Shown: in pieces, positions 26,295 to 38,765 of the stretch
How the letters are laid out: the number at the start of each line of letters is the position of its first letter
Numbering within the stretch: position 1 is the first letter of the stretch
Assembly: GCF_036321535.1 (NCBI RefSeq)
Contig: NC_087437.1
Location: 69,504,001 to 69,568,000, forward strand
Reading direction: 5' to 3'
From: Camelus dromedarius
Lineage: Eukaryota
Length of the DNA stretch: 64,000 nt
Translations under genes and position numbers: made by a program
Notes under the pieces: model-generated
The model's input: the letters and a program-made list of their open reading frames with translations, nothing else
The model's database searches: none
What the model was told of the DNA's origin: nothing

Positions 26295-26835
26295 TTTATC
26301 AATTCATCCTTTCAGCACATATTTATTAAGGACCTACCCTATGCCAGATTTTGGAAATTCAAAGGTGACTAATAACATAGCCCTACTAGATATTTGTGTG
26401 GATGCCAAGGAGGGAAGTTGAGGAGAAGAAAGAATAGAATTGCAAACAAAAAAGTATGATGGGTGATAAAATCTATGGAAACATGAGGACAGTCCAGTTG
26501 ACACACAGAGAGGAAATGACCCTCTCCCTGGAACATGAGAAAGGTTTCACTAAGGAGGAGATGTGGGGCAGGGCCTTGAAAAAAAGCCAGAGTTGTCCAG
26601 GGAGTCAAAAGGAAGAAACATACAGGCAAAGAAATGGCTGGGATGTTCAGGATGGTCCATTTGAAATGGAGTCAGAGGAATATTGGAATTTGGGGAGCTG
26701 AAGCTGGAATCATCAGCTGACAGAGTGTGTGAGCTTTAAACACGCTGTGAAGGATATTTGACTATATCTTGCAGGCTAGGGTGAGTAAAGATCTTCAGAA
26801 GAGAGTGAAATAATTAGAGGCATATGTTATAATGG
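26295..26835 (-). mobile_element. LINE-2 3' portion
   Basis: attcatcctttcagcacatatttattaaggacctaccctatgccag (reverse of L2 3' end) then purine-rich L2 body. Confidence 0.65.
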
Positions 26836-28254
26836 CTGCCAGGAGCTGTGAGGGAAAGATTGTCTATATTACTGATAGAAGCACTTGCCTGTATGTAGGA
26901 TTTTTCTGTTTTGGACTGAGATGCAGCCTTTTCTTTCTCTAGCTTATTTGCAAGGCATAACATTGTACTGCTTCTGAAAGGGGATCATAATCTTTTAAAT
27001 GTATTCATTGCGAAAGTAGTCATCGGTATAGACCAGCTTGTGGAGGAGGATTTCCTTGAGGGCATCAGATGATTTTTCTGACTTGCTCAACTGCAAAACA
27101 TGTCCCAAAGGATAGAAACTGCATTCTGACATCAGTTAAGTATCCGAGAACCGCTGCCTAAGAAAGAATAAATAAAACAGGACTTATTTCTCAGCCCTTT
27201 GCAATGGGAGATGATTTGGACAAGTCTGACCTGACCAGCATTTTATCAGCTGCCTGACTCATGTATGAGCGAGCCCTGGAGTCATCGCTGCAATGCCATG
27301 CTTGAAATACAAGAATGAAATAGACCTGGGGAGAGAAGGAGCATTGACAGTGCTTATCCGTATTTCATATTTGTTTTGGCTGTGTTGATGTCTGGAGCAC
27401 CTTTCTCTTGCCCTTGGAAGTTTAAAAAACACTTACTGTTTGGGCAAACACAAAAAAGGATCAGACTGTTATGCACAACTGCCATGGCTTTCCAGCCATT
27501 ACTGTTTCCTTTCAGAGTGGCTACCACAGAAGTATCTGGCCCTGCTGGGGGACTGGCAGACTCTATATGTTGTCATTCCTCCGTCTGCTCCAGTCTCCCA
27601 AACCAGGGCCTTTGAGCTTTGCTCCACATCTAATCTGCGCCTTCCTACCTAACGACATCCACTAATGTGTACTAACAGATGTCGGAGGGAAAATTAGCTG
27701 TGGTGTCCAAATCAATTAGACCAGAGTTGCTATGCAGGAACAATTGCTCTTGGGCAGTATTTTTTTTTCCCTGTTTCTTTTTTTCCGAAGGTGAATTCAT
27801 GTAGCCCAAGCTGAGCTTCACTTCTCCATATTTTCCACTTCCAGGCAGTCTACCTCAGTGCTTAATGGGTTCTGATCGAATCTCCAGATGGAAATGCTGC
27901 TACCAGGTGCAAACTCCCAGCAACCAAGTTAAGAACAGGAGGTCTGCATCCACCCCAAAGGCAATGCAGCCCAGGATAAGAGCTGTGTCAGTTTCAAAAA
28001 AAAAAGACAGCTTTGTCATGTCTTTTAAATTCCGAGGATTGTTATGTTAATAGTGTTGCATTGTATGACTCTTTAAAAGCTAACAATTATATGGATGAAG
28101 AATGGCTTGGGTAGCAACACACTTACTTTATAGCCTATCAGAAGGGATTTCTATTTCTCATCTATAATACAAGTGTCAAATTGTGAAGAACATGGGTAAG
28201 TGGAGAAAAAGAGTTTCTACTCTGAATTTAGGCAGGCCTGGACCCTGTAGGTTA

Positions 28255-28460
28255 TGGGACTTTGGGAGCCCTATCCTTGAGCCTGGGTTTTTGCCTTTTG
28301 AGTGTGACACCATTTATTTTGCAGCATGGTTAATATCTTTGAGCCTCAGTTTAGTTATAGGTAAAGTGAGTTTAATCTCAAAAAGAATCTGGTAATTAAA
28401 TAAGACATTCTAAGAATAAGGCTTGCTACTATCGTACATACTCAATAAATGATAGCCATC
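28255..28460 (+). mobile_element. MIR SINE
   Basis: ttaatatctttgagcctcagttt...catactcaataaatgatagccatc. Confidence 0.55.
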
Positions 28461-30819
28461 AACCATTCCATTCTGCTTCTCTGAAACACTTAAGGAATAT
28501 CCAATTTGTGAAGAATTTCTACTTTTGTGCCTTTTTTATGTCCTCCCCAAGAACAAGCATTCTGAGCTGTCTGTGGTTCTACACATTTTTTACACTGTTA
28601 TCATATTCTCCCATCATGTTTGCTATCTCCTGCCAAAATATGATCCCCAAACACCACCTTTATTACCTTCACTTCTTGCTTGTTTCCTGCCAATGTTCTC
28701 TTCACTCATTGTGATTATCTCTGTACTTTTGTGTTGAGAAAATGGTCACTGGTTCCCAAAATAGAATCTAATCTCCTAATAAAAATTAATAAAATATTTA
28801 AGAGGAAAAAAGAGAAATACTTGGAGGCAGTTGTAGAAAGAAGTTAAATTTTGTCTCTTCTATTCTGTGCCCCCATATTTGGGGTTTCATTGTTCTTAGG
28901 CTAGAAGATCCTTTAGCGTAATTAATAACCATCTTTCTGCTGCTTATAATCCTTCGATGCCATAGCACTTATTTATGTATTTTTTTTTAAGGCTTTAAGG
29001 CTAACAACCTTTGTGAGGCTCTCTCCAGGCAACTCATGTATGTGAAATAATTCCTATACCCAAGAACTTCTGACATCTATAGTTAAGCTTTTTCAGAAAT
29101 GGCAGCCTGACTTTTTTTCCGCACCTTCCATCCAGAAAATATAATCCCACTTGCAAGGCATGTAGTCTCTCAGGGGCAACTTCCACTGCCAGGGGACATA
29201 GAGAGAAATGGAGTCTGAGCCCCCGCATGCTCACCTCTTCCCTTGTATACACAGGTTTTCTTCTCATTACCCTCCTGTGCAGCTTTCTGGTCTGGCCAAT
29301 CAGGGCTGGGAGAACTGAGGATTCTGGTATGTGAATAACCTCCTCATCAGAACTAATCAGAATGTAGTGGGGTTTGTTTTATCTTCATAAAGATCGCTTG
29401 TTCTGTTTTGTATTAGTTTTTTGTTTTTTAGTACAATTACATTTCTACTTTAGGTTGCTAAGCTGTGGCTCAGAAATAGAGACCTGCCAGACTTGCTGTC
29501 TCAGTCTGTCCTTGTTCTGTGCATGAAGCAGTTCCCCATGAACACACAAACATCACACTCAGCTCTGTCAGATCAGCTTCATGGCCACATTTATCAAAAT
29601 TATCCCAGAGTCCCTTGCACAGGGGGATATTAATAGGGTTCATTTAAAACCAAGAGTGTTACTAATGCTTTTTTCTATGTGCTAAATGGGAGGAAACAAG
29701 AATTACACAAACAACAAAAAAAAAAAGGCAGGGTTGTTAGAATAGTTAATAAGGCAAGGTGAAATCTTTGGGCAATGGGAAATAATGCTGAGCTTTCAGA
29801 AATCTTGATACATCAATTTACATATTATTATTCCCATTGCTTTCCATCCTGAAAGCAGAACAGCATTTCTCGCAGGACATGACACACTGCCAGGTAGGCA
29901 ACCCTGAGCATTTCCCCTGAGTACATTCTATCTGTCCATGTAGCTCAAGCATTCTTACTTGGGAATACTGGAATTAAAAGAGGAATGGCATTTGTCTTAA
30001 GTTGGTAAAGAGGGGTCAGGAAAGTAAAGTAGAGGAACCTTTGAAAGCCTAAGTAGAAAGACATTAAGGATGGATTCTTTCCATTTTCCAGCCAATCCTA
30101 AAGAGCCATTTGTACACAGGCCAGGTGTTATGGGCAGGTCTGCTTTGCATAGCAGCAAGATAACTTAGTGGTGTTCCTGGTAAGTTTTGTTGGATAGTAT
30201 TTCACACTGTGATGCTGCTTCACCACCCAGGAAGTATCATTTTGTTGCCTTGTGCTGAGGTGACATCTGCTCTGAGTGAGGTGGATATCAGCATCACTTC
30301 TCTCTCAAGCAGAGTAGACAAATAGAAGCAACCTTTTCATGTCTTTGGCATTAAACTGACTCTAATAATTATGTATTGGCCTGCCAGCATCCTCGCGGTT
30401 CACATTCTACATGGAAGAAGGTAAACAGAAGGCTGTCGTAGAACCTTCTGGAAGAACATACATTACATTTTTAATTTGTTAATTAATTTGTTATTAAAAA
30501 AGGATGCAGATCCAGAGATGCATGTTTTAAAAGTAAAAAGGAATGGAAATAGTTGAAACCATCCTTTTATTACTTTTTTTTAAGAAGAACAGCATCCCAA
30601 GGAATAAAATTAATAGCTTTTCAGAGCCATTTACAAACCTGGTTCCATAGCTAATTTTACACTTGGTCCAGAGACACAAGAGTGATTTCATTTTAGGGGC
30701 AAGCCTTCTGTTGTGGGAGCTACCATTGTCTTTGAGAAAGAGAGGCGATGCCATCTACAGTTGCCTGCAGCCTGGTAGATCATTGCCCTTCCTAGTCTAT
30801 CTAATACAACCCTCCAGAG

Positions 30820-31048
30820 CAGTGATTCTCAACCCAGGGTAGCTTTGCCCTCTAGGGATATTTGGCAATGTCTGAAGACATTCTTGGCGTTTGTAACTGG
30901 CTGGAGGGTGGGAGGGGAAGGAACTACTAGTATTTAGTGGATGGTGGCCAGGATATTGCTTGACATTCTATAAATACATAGGACAACTCCCACAGAAAAA
31001 GAGTTATCCAGCCCATAATGTCAGTAATGCCAAGCTCGAGAAGCCCTG
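30820..31048 (+). mobile_element. MER20 (hAT-Charlie MITE), full length
   Basis: cagtgattctcaacc...tttggcaatgtctgaagacatt...ggccaggatattgct...ttatccagcccataatgtcagtaatgccaagctcgagaagccctg. Confidence 0.9.
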
Positions 31049-31139
31049 CACTAGAAAGTTGTGTAGAAAAGAAAATCATTTCCAAGCAGATCAGGGAGAG
31101 ACTGAGAAGAAAGACAATGGAACATTATCCTCCTGGAGC

Positions 31140-31305
31140 TTCTAGCAGGAACCTAGCTATTTATATGGCTCTAATAAGCAGTTTCCTCATCTATAAAAGG
31201 GAACTAGTAATGGCACCTATCTCCCAGAGTGACAAAGAAGATTCAGTGAATTCATGAGTGCTAAACACTTAGTAAGTGCTCAGTAAACATTAGGTGTTGT
31301 TATCA
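31140..31305 (+). mobile_element. MIR SINE 3' part
   Basis: cagtttcctcatctataaaagggaactagtaatggcacctatctc...gtaagtgctcagtaaacattag. Confidence 0.75.
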
Positions 31306-34300
31306 TATCCCTTCACATCTTCTCACAGCAGGAACAGAAGAATAGGTAATCGTGAACTTCATAGTCACACACTTCAGAATGGTTGACACCATCTTTTAGG
31401 CAGTGAAGGTCCTGTTCATTACCTAACATTGTCCCTAAACTTAATATACAATCAACTTCAATAAATCTAATTAAATTATATATGTAATATGTGTGTATAT
31501 ATACATGTATATTCTGCTGTAGCAATGTGTAGCGGTCTATGGCAAGAAAAAAACAAATAATATAGTTTACTTCAAGCATAGGTTAGTGCTCCAACTATAT
31601 TCATAGAGAAAAATGCCTCCCCATTCATGAAGTTTTAGAACAATTTGCTATATGGAACAATGTATTCCATTTGGAAGTCAAAGTTCACTTTCATACACTT
31701 TATTTTTGTGGAGCTCAAAACATACGCATGCCTTTGTTTCCTCCTTGCTGAATTAAAATAAAATATCCCAGGAGTTTGTCTATTGAGAGTACCGAGAGGT
31801 CTCTGTTGGTATCCATGTAAGCTTCTACCGCTATTTCTACTGTTTCCTTCTTTACGGTACACATTTCTGCGGCATGATCAATGCCATTGGAAAAGTGAAA
31901 CATTTAAGTTTTGTCCCCTCTTCCTCCACTGTAGGAATAGACAGAAGAAGCCCCATCCCAGGGGACACTCAGTTCAGTCATTTATTTGCAAACTGAATTT
32001 TGAATAGGAGTTCTGTTCACCTGCCTAAACTCAGAGGCCTTTGATTTCGTAGAGGGGAGCAACAGTTTTGAGATAGCCTTGTTTCATCAATTTCCAGCTA
32101 AACCTAGGACAGCTTATTTGATAAATTGATGTTCATTAGCAGACAACTGTGCAATTCAGAAATCACTTATTTGTTATACACTTTTCTTTTGATTTCTGCC
32201 CAAGATCAATTTGCTATTTTGTTGACTAGAATAGGCCTTAAAATCATGTGACCTTGTTCACTTCATACACTTCAGAATCTCTAAAATGAAGTTCTCATGG
32301 AAGAGCCTACTGTGATTTTTTCCATCTCTCCCAAAGATGTTCAAAAGAGGAATTTCTGAGTTAGTTAATAATGATGGAAACATAGAGATGAAGGACCAAC
32401 CAATAAGAATGGTAGGTACAAAAATAAGCAATGGTTGGCATGTATGTCATATATATTTCAGTTACGTGTGCTTTTATGTAAAGAGAAGGTGAATGGATTT
32501 TTGTTCAGCTGAGCTGTACCCAGAAAGCAGTCATTTCTCCTTGCTTATCTGAGGCAGGGAGTTGGATAACTGTCACCTCTCTCCATCTCCTTTCAGTGAA
32601 GACAGATTGCTCTCATCAGCCTCTCCATTCTGAATTCTTCTCCTGTGACCTCCATCTCTTAAATCCCATGCTGGCAGCAGGGACAATGGCTTTGAATTCT
32701 CTGCTTTCCATGGAAATGCTGGAGAGAGGTCAGAAACCCAGTGTTTTGCTGGCGAGTTCCCTTCCCATCAGTTTGTGTTTGTAGAGATAGAACAGAACCA
32801 TCCATACATAACACACATTTGCTTTCTCTCTGGGTATGCTGTTCCACTGTGCTAGCTTCAGCAAATTTTCCATTTCTTTCTTTTGAATTCCAATACCCAA
32901 TAAGCAGAAAAGAGGACCAGGACATTTCTTTTTTTTTCCAAAAAGAAACAGGGTAAAGAGTCATTGTTACCTGGAGCATGGGCACTCAAGATGACGCAGA
33001 GCTTTGGCGATGTAAGTTGGGGGCAAAAGGGAGGACTTTAAAAGGTGAACCTTAGAGAGACAAGCTGGTCATTGAAAACTAAATTGCCAACTTGCCTCCA
33101 GTGAACAAATGCACCTGCCATTCGTATTGGAGCCAATTTGCTGTTTCTACTTTTATCTCTCTCACGCAGCAGGCTCTAAACTCTCAAAGGTTTTCCTGTG
33201 CCTTTTTTTGTGATGCCCAAACCAACAGGACTGTTAGATAGAGGCTTCTGTGTATGTATTTTATTCCCATCTTCTTTCCCACTCATTGCATTAAAATAAA
33301 TGGAGACAATAACATTCATAAGAGAAGTAAAGTTCTGAGGAGCAACAGCTCTTCTCCCAAACCCTAATGCCACTGGAAACTGTCCAGCTTTACAGATTGG
33401 TGCATGGCATCTACATAAAATGCAGGCACTGGAACCTAGCCACCAAGGGAGAGACGCTCTGTGCTGTGAACACATTCTTAGGTGTGAAGTAATGCTTTTA
33501 ATCCCACTTGGATAGTGAATAATAGCTTCTAGAGAAAGACTTCCTTTGAGGGATGAAATTTTGCAAGCAAGGTCTCAGCCCCAAAACATTTTTTCCCCTG
33601 TGCAAAAATGGTTGATAATGAATGATCATCAGGTGACTATTTTTAATTACCTAAACAGGAGGGAGACACACCATCTTTCCAAAAAAAGAATTCAGAATGA
33701 CAAATGTAGATTTGTTTATTTGAAAACATCCAGTTCAATCATTTCCAAAAGATTTAATTATTTCAACATGTATTGTTGAGCTTTCACAATAGCTTACATT
33801 TCTCAACCCCAAAAGATGCTTCCAGTTACAGACTTCTAATTCTCTATGCCTGTGGTTCTCTGAAAACACTGCTATACATTTAAATATAGGTTATTTCAAA
33901 CCCTGGCAGGAAAGAAAGACAGACCTTGGAACTGCATCAAATGAAGTTTTTTTTTTTTCCCTCTCTCATGAAAACCTGAAGTAAATGTTATGCAGAATAT
34001 TCTAATGTTGCCTTAAGGTTGGTATTTTAATTGCACGAAAGAGAAATTATTCATTTGTGGTTTCCCAATCAACTGTAACACTTAACTGATATAAGAGATG
34101 ATCTTAGTCATTAGTCTTACAACACGGGAAAATAAGCATTTGGGCAATATTTCTAGCCTGGTGCCCTCCCTTGCCTTTCTCACTTGCACTTCTCTATCTT
34201 ACTTTAGACTTACCAAGTGAATTACTTCCAATTAAAAACAACAGTGTTAAGTGATTGTAGTACACAGCTCAAAATGGGAGCTGAGCTTCAATTCATATGA

Positions 34301-34594
34301 AAGCAAAAATATTAAAAACAGAAAGAAATATATTCAGTATACCACGCTATTATGGCAATAAATACTACGTAGATGATTTAGTCTAATCTTCAGAGACATC
34401 TCAGATCAAAGTAAATAGAAGTTACTGGTCACCGTTAACCTCCTAAAAGTGTATTTCTAGAGAGAAGTTTTCTGTCCTTCCTTCATGCATTCATTCATTC
34501 ATTTATTCACTTACGTGTTCCCCCCAATTTTTTTAAACTGTGAACCCAACATCTTAATCAGGTGGCATTAACATGTCCCAAGGTCAACAGCATT

Positions 34595-34830
34595 TATTAT
34601 AAGCACTTAGTATATTCCAGGCAATAGGTTAAGTATTTTGCACACGTTAATTATCTCATGTAATACTTGAAAATCCTATAAGACAGGTTAAGTTTCTCAT
34701 CCTGCACATGGGAAAACTGAGTCAAAGAAAGACTAACTAATTTCCCCAAGATTTGACAGCTAGTAATTTGAGGAACGAAGATTGGAATCTTGCCTGGCTT
34801 CAGAGCCCAGTGTCTAGCCACTAAATTATA
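34595..34830 (-). mobile_element. MIR SINE (near full length)
   Basis: agcacttagtatattccaggca...gaaaactgagtcaaaga...cctggcttcagagcccagtgtctagccacta. Confidence 0.75.
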
Positions 34831-35307
34831 CTCTGTAAATATATATTGAAAGAGAAGGTACCTACCCTTGTATGTCTTCGGACATTTCTGAATTGTTCCT
34901 TTGGCCAGAGCATTTATCACACCCACATCTTTGGCATTAGACTCTTGACCTCTTATATTCATGGGCACACGGATGTATGAGCCATAGGGCTATGTGGTCC
35001 AACTCAAGGAGCAGTCCTCCCGGTTGGCTTCTAAAACCATCTTCTCAACAGAACAACCTTACACCACAGAAGCTGGGTAGAATCTTTTTATACAGGCTAT
35101 TGTTGACCTCTATACTAACTATAAAGGTCAATCTCTAGGTCCCTAATTAGTGTTATAACCTGTGCTAGGCCAAGTACAACTACAAAGTCATGGGACATAT
35201 TCTATGGCCCCCACATGAAAATCAGTCATATTTCCATACCATCCTGACTCAATTTTATCTTCCTTTTCTGATTTCTGGGTGAAAAAAGTATTTAAGCCTA
35301 TATACCC

Positions 35308-36606
35308 AGGACATACTTCACAGAACTAGAACAAATCATAATAAAATTTATATGCAACCATCAAAGACCTAGAATTGGCAAAGCATTACTGAAGGAAAAG
35401 AAAGAGGCTGGAGGAATAACTCTCCCAGACTTCAGACAATACGATAGAGCTACAGTCATCAAGACAGCATGGTATTGGTACAAAAACAGACATATAGACC
35501 AATGGAACAGAATAGAGAGCCCAGAAATGAGCCCACAAACTTTTGGTCAACTAATCTTCAACAAAGAAGGCAAGAAAATACATTGGAATAAAGACAGTCT
35601 CTTCAGCAAATGGTGTTGGGAAAACTGGACAGCAGCATGTAAAACAATGAAGCTAGAACACTCCCTTACACCATACACAAAAATAAACTCAAAATGGATC
35701 AAAGACTTAAACATAAGACAAGATAAAATAAACCTCCTAGAGGAAAATATAGGCAAAACATTATCTGACATACATCTCAAAAATTTTCTCCTAGAAGAAA
35801 TAAAAGCAAGAATAAACAAATGGGACCTAATGAAACTTACAAGGTTCTGCACAGCAAAGGAAACCATAAGTAAAACAAAAAGACAACCTACGGAATGGGA
35901 AAAATTTTTGCAAATGAAAACCGACAAAGGCTTCATCTCCAGAATATATAAGCAGCTCATACGACTCAATAAGAAAAAAATTAACAACGCAATCCAAAAA
36001 TGGGCAGAAGACCTAAACAAGCAATTCTCCAAGGAAGACATACAAGTGATCAATAGGCACATGAAAAAATGCTCAGTATCACTAATTATCAGAGAAATGC
36101 AAATCAAAACTACAATGAGGTATCACCTTACACCAGTCAGAATGGCCATCATTCAAAAATCCACAAATGACAAATCCTGGAGAGACTGTGGAGAAAAGGG
36201 AACCCTCCTTCACTGCTGGTGGGAATGCAGTTTGGTGCAGCCACTGTGGAAAACAGTATGGAGATTCCTCAAAAGACTAGGAATAGACTTACCCTATGAC
36301 CCAGGAATCCCGCTCCTGGGCATCTATCCAGAAGGAACCCTACTTCAGGATGACACCTGCACCCCAATGTTCATAGCAGCACTGTTTACAATAGCCAAGA
36401 CATGGAGACAGCCTAAATGTCCATCAACAGATGACTGCATAAAGAGGTGGTATATTTATACAATGGAATACTACTCAGCCATAAAAACCAACAACATAAT
36501 GCCGTTTGCAGCAACATGGATGCTCCTGGAGAATGTCATTCTAAGTGAAGTAAGCCAGAAAGAGAAAGAAAAATACCATATGAGATTGCTCATATGTGGA
36601 ATCTGA
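35308..36606 (+). pseudogene. L1 ORF2p C-terminal fragment (no EN or RT catalytic core), open for 432 codons to the natural stop; ORF track 35527..36606 is its Met-initiated part
   Basis: Hand translation upstream of 35527 is also stop-free ([14 protein letters not shown]...[10 protein letters not shown]...); first Cys of the CCHC motif is Ser (TCC 36175-36177). Confidence 0.9.
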
Positions 36607-36934
36607 AAAACAAAAACAAAAACAAAAACAGAAACAAAGCGTAAATACAAAACAGAAATAGACTCACAGACATAGAATATAAACTTGTGGTTGCCAAGGG
36701 GGCGGTGGGTGGGAAGAGATAGACTGGGATTTCAAAATTGTAGAGTAGATAAACAAGATTATACTGTATAGCACAGGGAAATATATACAAGATCTTGTGG
36801 TAGCTCACAGCAAAAAGAAAAAAAAGTGACAATATATGTATGTTTATGTATAACTGAAAAATTGTGCTCTACATTGGAATTTGACACAACATTGTAAAAT
36901 GATAATGAATCAATAAAAAAAATGTTAAAAAAAA
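35309..36934 (+). mobile_element. Young 5'-truncated LINE-1 (camelid-type): ORF2 C-terminal part + 3'UTR + poly(A), with 15-bp TSD
   Basis: Translation is L1 ORF2p ([18 protein letters not shown]...WCWENW...LLHCWWEC...ICGI*); AATAAA 36912-36917; A-tail; TSD aagcctatataccca (35294-35308) / aagcatatataccca (36935-36949). Confidence 0.95.
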
Positions 36935-37554
36935 AAGCATATATACCCAATGTACTTTCCCTAAATGACTTAGTTAATCCTTGTATCCATCGCGGAACCT
37001 AGAGAATTAGCATATGTTATTTTTAGAGATGAATATACTGAGATATGGAGAAGTTTCTGTGGCCTGAAGGAGTCCTGCTGGGACTGAGAGGAAGTATGAT
37101 GCTCAAAATCTAGGTCTCCTGGAAACCTGGTGTTTAGTGAATGGAGCTGCTCTTAGGTAACTCTGTTATGTGGGTCAGATCTTATTTTCTACTCAGAGTC
37201 ACACATTTTCAGTATGTCTCCCTCACTATCATCCTGAAATTCTCCCTGGTTGACCTTAAAAATAACTCCTGTACTAGAAATGTACTCAGTGAACTTCCTT
37301 TACGTGTTCCTTATGAAGAGATGATTGTGTAATAATGAGGCCTGCAGAATGCCAAATATAGAGCCATTTCACTACAGGCAAGCTGGGACATCCTCCACCC
37401 ATGATAGAAACCTTATTTGTTCTGATAAAATATGATTTTGTACTTAAGTAAGGGAAATGAAGACGGAGGTCCTGGAGTCCTCGCATTGATTATGTAACAC
37501 TGTTTCCTTAAATAGTTCCTAAGGCATTGTCCTCCTCCTCTACCTGGGGGGATG

Positions 37555-37576
37555 AAAAAAAAAAAAAAAAAAAAAA
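37555..37576. repeat. poly(A) tract (22 nt)
   Basis: Read directly; no attached SINE or LINE body recognised. Confidence 0.9.
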
Positions 37577-38439
37577 GAATGCAACCCTGCAGGTTCAAAA
37601 AATACCAAGACAGAGGGAAAGCCAAAAATATAACCCAGGACTCATGTTTTTCCAGGCAGCTGTGCTGTTTACAAGCAAGCATATGCAAATGGAGAGAAAC
37701 TTGGTTATAGTACCTGGAGTACAAAATAAGCATTTTTAGTACAATATTTCCTCAGGCAATTTCTAGAAATATCCAGTACTATTTCATTATCTCTATAGTT
37801 GTGAATAGAGCTTGTGACTCTCATGATAGGAAATACCATTTTGCTAATTCAAATAATATTCCTTATACCGTCTTTGCTTAGATTTTATAAAGCACTTGTT
37901 TTCACACACTATGCATCTGATGTAAAATTATGAAGTTCAAACTTGAGAATACCAAATTTCTAGGATATGTGACTTACAGATGAGAGGCCTGGAAGCAGGC
38001 TTTTCCAGGTCCTTAACACCAAAGGCTTATAATCAGAGGTAGGTGTACAGGTGGAACACTTCCGATAGGTGGCAAGAAAAAGTGAGACACAGAATTAGGA
38101 AAAGATTACCATTTCTGAGTCTGCACTGTGACCTCCATACCACAGAGCAGAGGAGAGCTTCCTATACCCCTTGGAGGCGATAACCAGTGTCAGACAGGAG
38201 ACTACAGTTGGTCATAAAATTAAAAAGAAATGATGAGTAGACTGGAAGATTAATTATGTAGTCATTAGCAATGGCCAATCAAAGTCTTCACTGAATGGAG
38301 AAGAGTATTTTCATTCAACAGTCATAATCACGAAATAGGAGGGAATATGAGAGAGCATCATATGCAGTTTCCAGCTTTCGCCCAGAACACTTCTAAGTAG
38401 CAGTTGTATAGTTTGCTCTTCTGAATGATGTTTCGATCA

Positions 38440-38765
38440 GAGTAATTAATGTTCGCTGCCACAGCAGATATTGCTGAACTCTCAAGGCTTATTTTTTGCT
38501 TATGAAGTCCAGTCCAGGTCAGGCAAACCTCTGCTGCATAGCGTCTGTGCCATCTAGGTCACATATTCCCACAGTTGTCATGACAGGGAGGGCTGGAGTG
38601 ACACACTAGCTTTTTTTTAAGGGCCAGGGCCCAGATGTGGCTTACCTCACTTTCCTCAACATTTTATTGGCCAGAGCCGAGTTATGTGGTCCCCAAGTAA
38701 CCACAGGAGGTTAGAAAACGCAGAGAAGCACATAGATACTTGGTGAGCACAAAGAGCCTCCCTAC
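38440..38765 (-). mobile_element. MLT1 (MLT1J-like) MaLR LTR
   Basis: gcccagatgtggcttacctcactttcc...cattttattggccagagc...gttatgtggtcccc...cttggtgagcac...ccctaca. Confidence 0.65.

Noticed and set aside
35251..35310. Cryptic acceptor fusing upstream LSAMP exons in frame to the L1 ORF2 fragment
   Set aside because: Only the weak ttaag|cc site (AG 35295-35296) gives the right phase. It is separated from the pyrimidine tract by a purine run and an earlier out-of-frame AG, so it is unsupported without RNA data.
35547..36107. 186-aa minus-strand ORF
   Set aside because: Antisense shadow of L1 ORF2; such hydrophobic antisense ORFs are common in young L1s.
37555..37576. poly(A) as the tail of a processed pseudogene
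   Set aside because: No upstream polyadenylation signal, recognisable mRNA body or TSD found.
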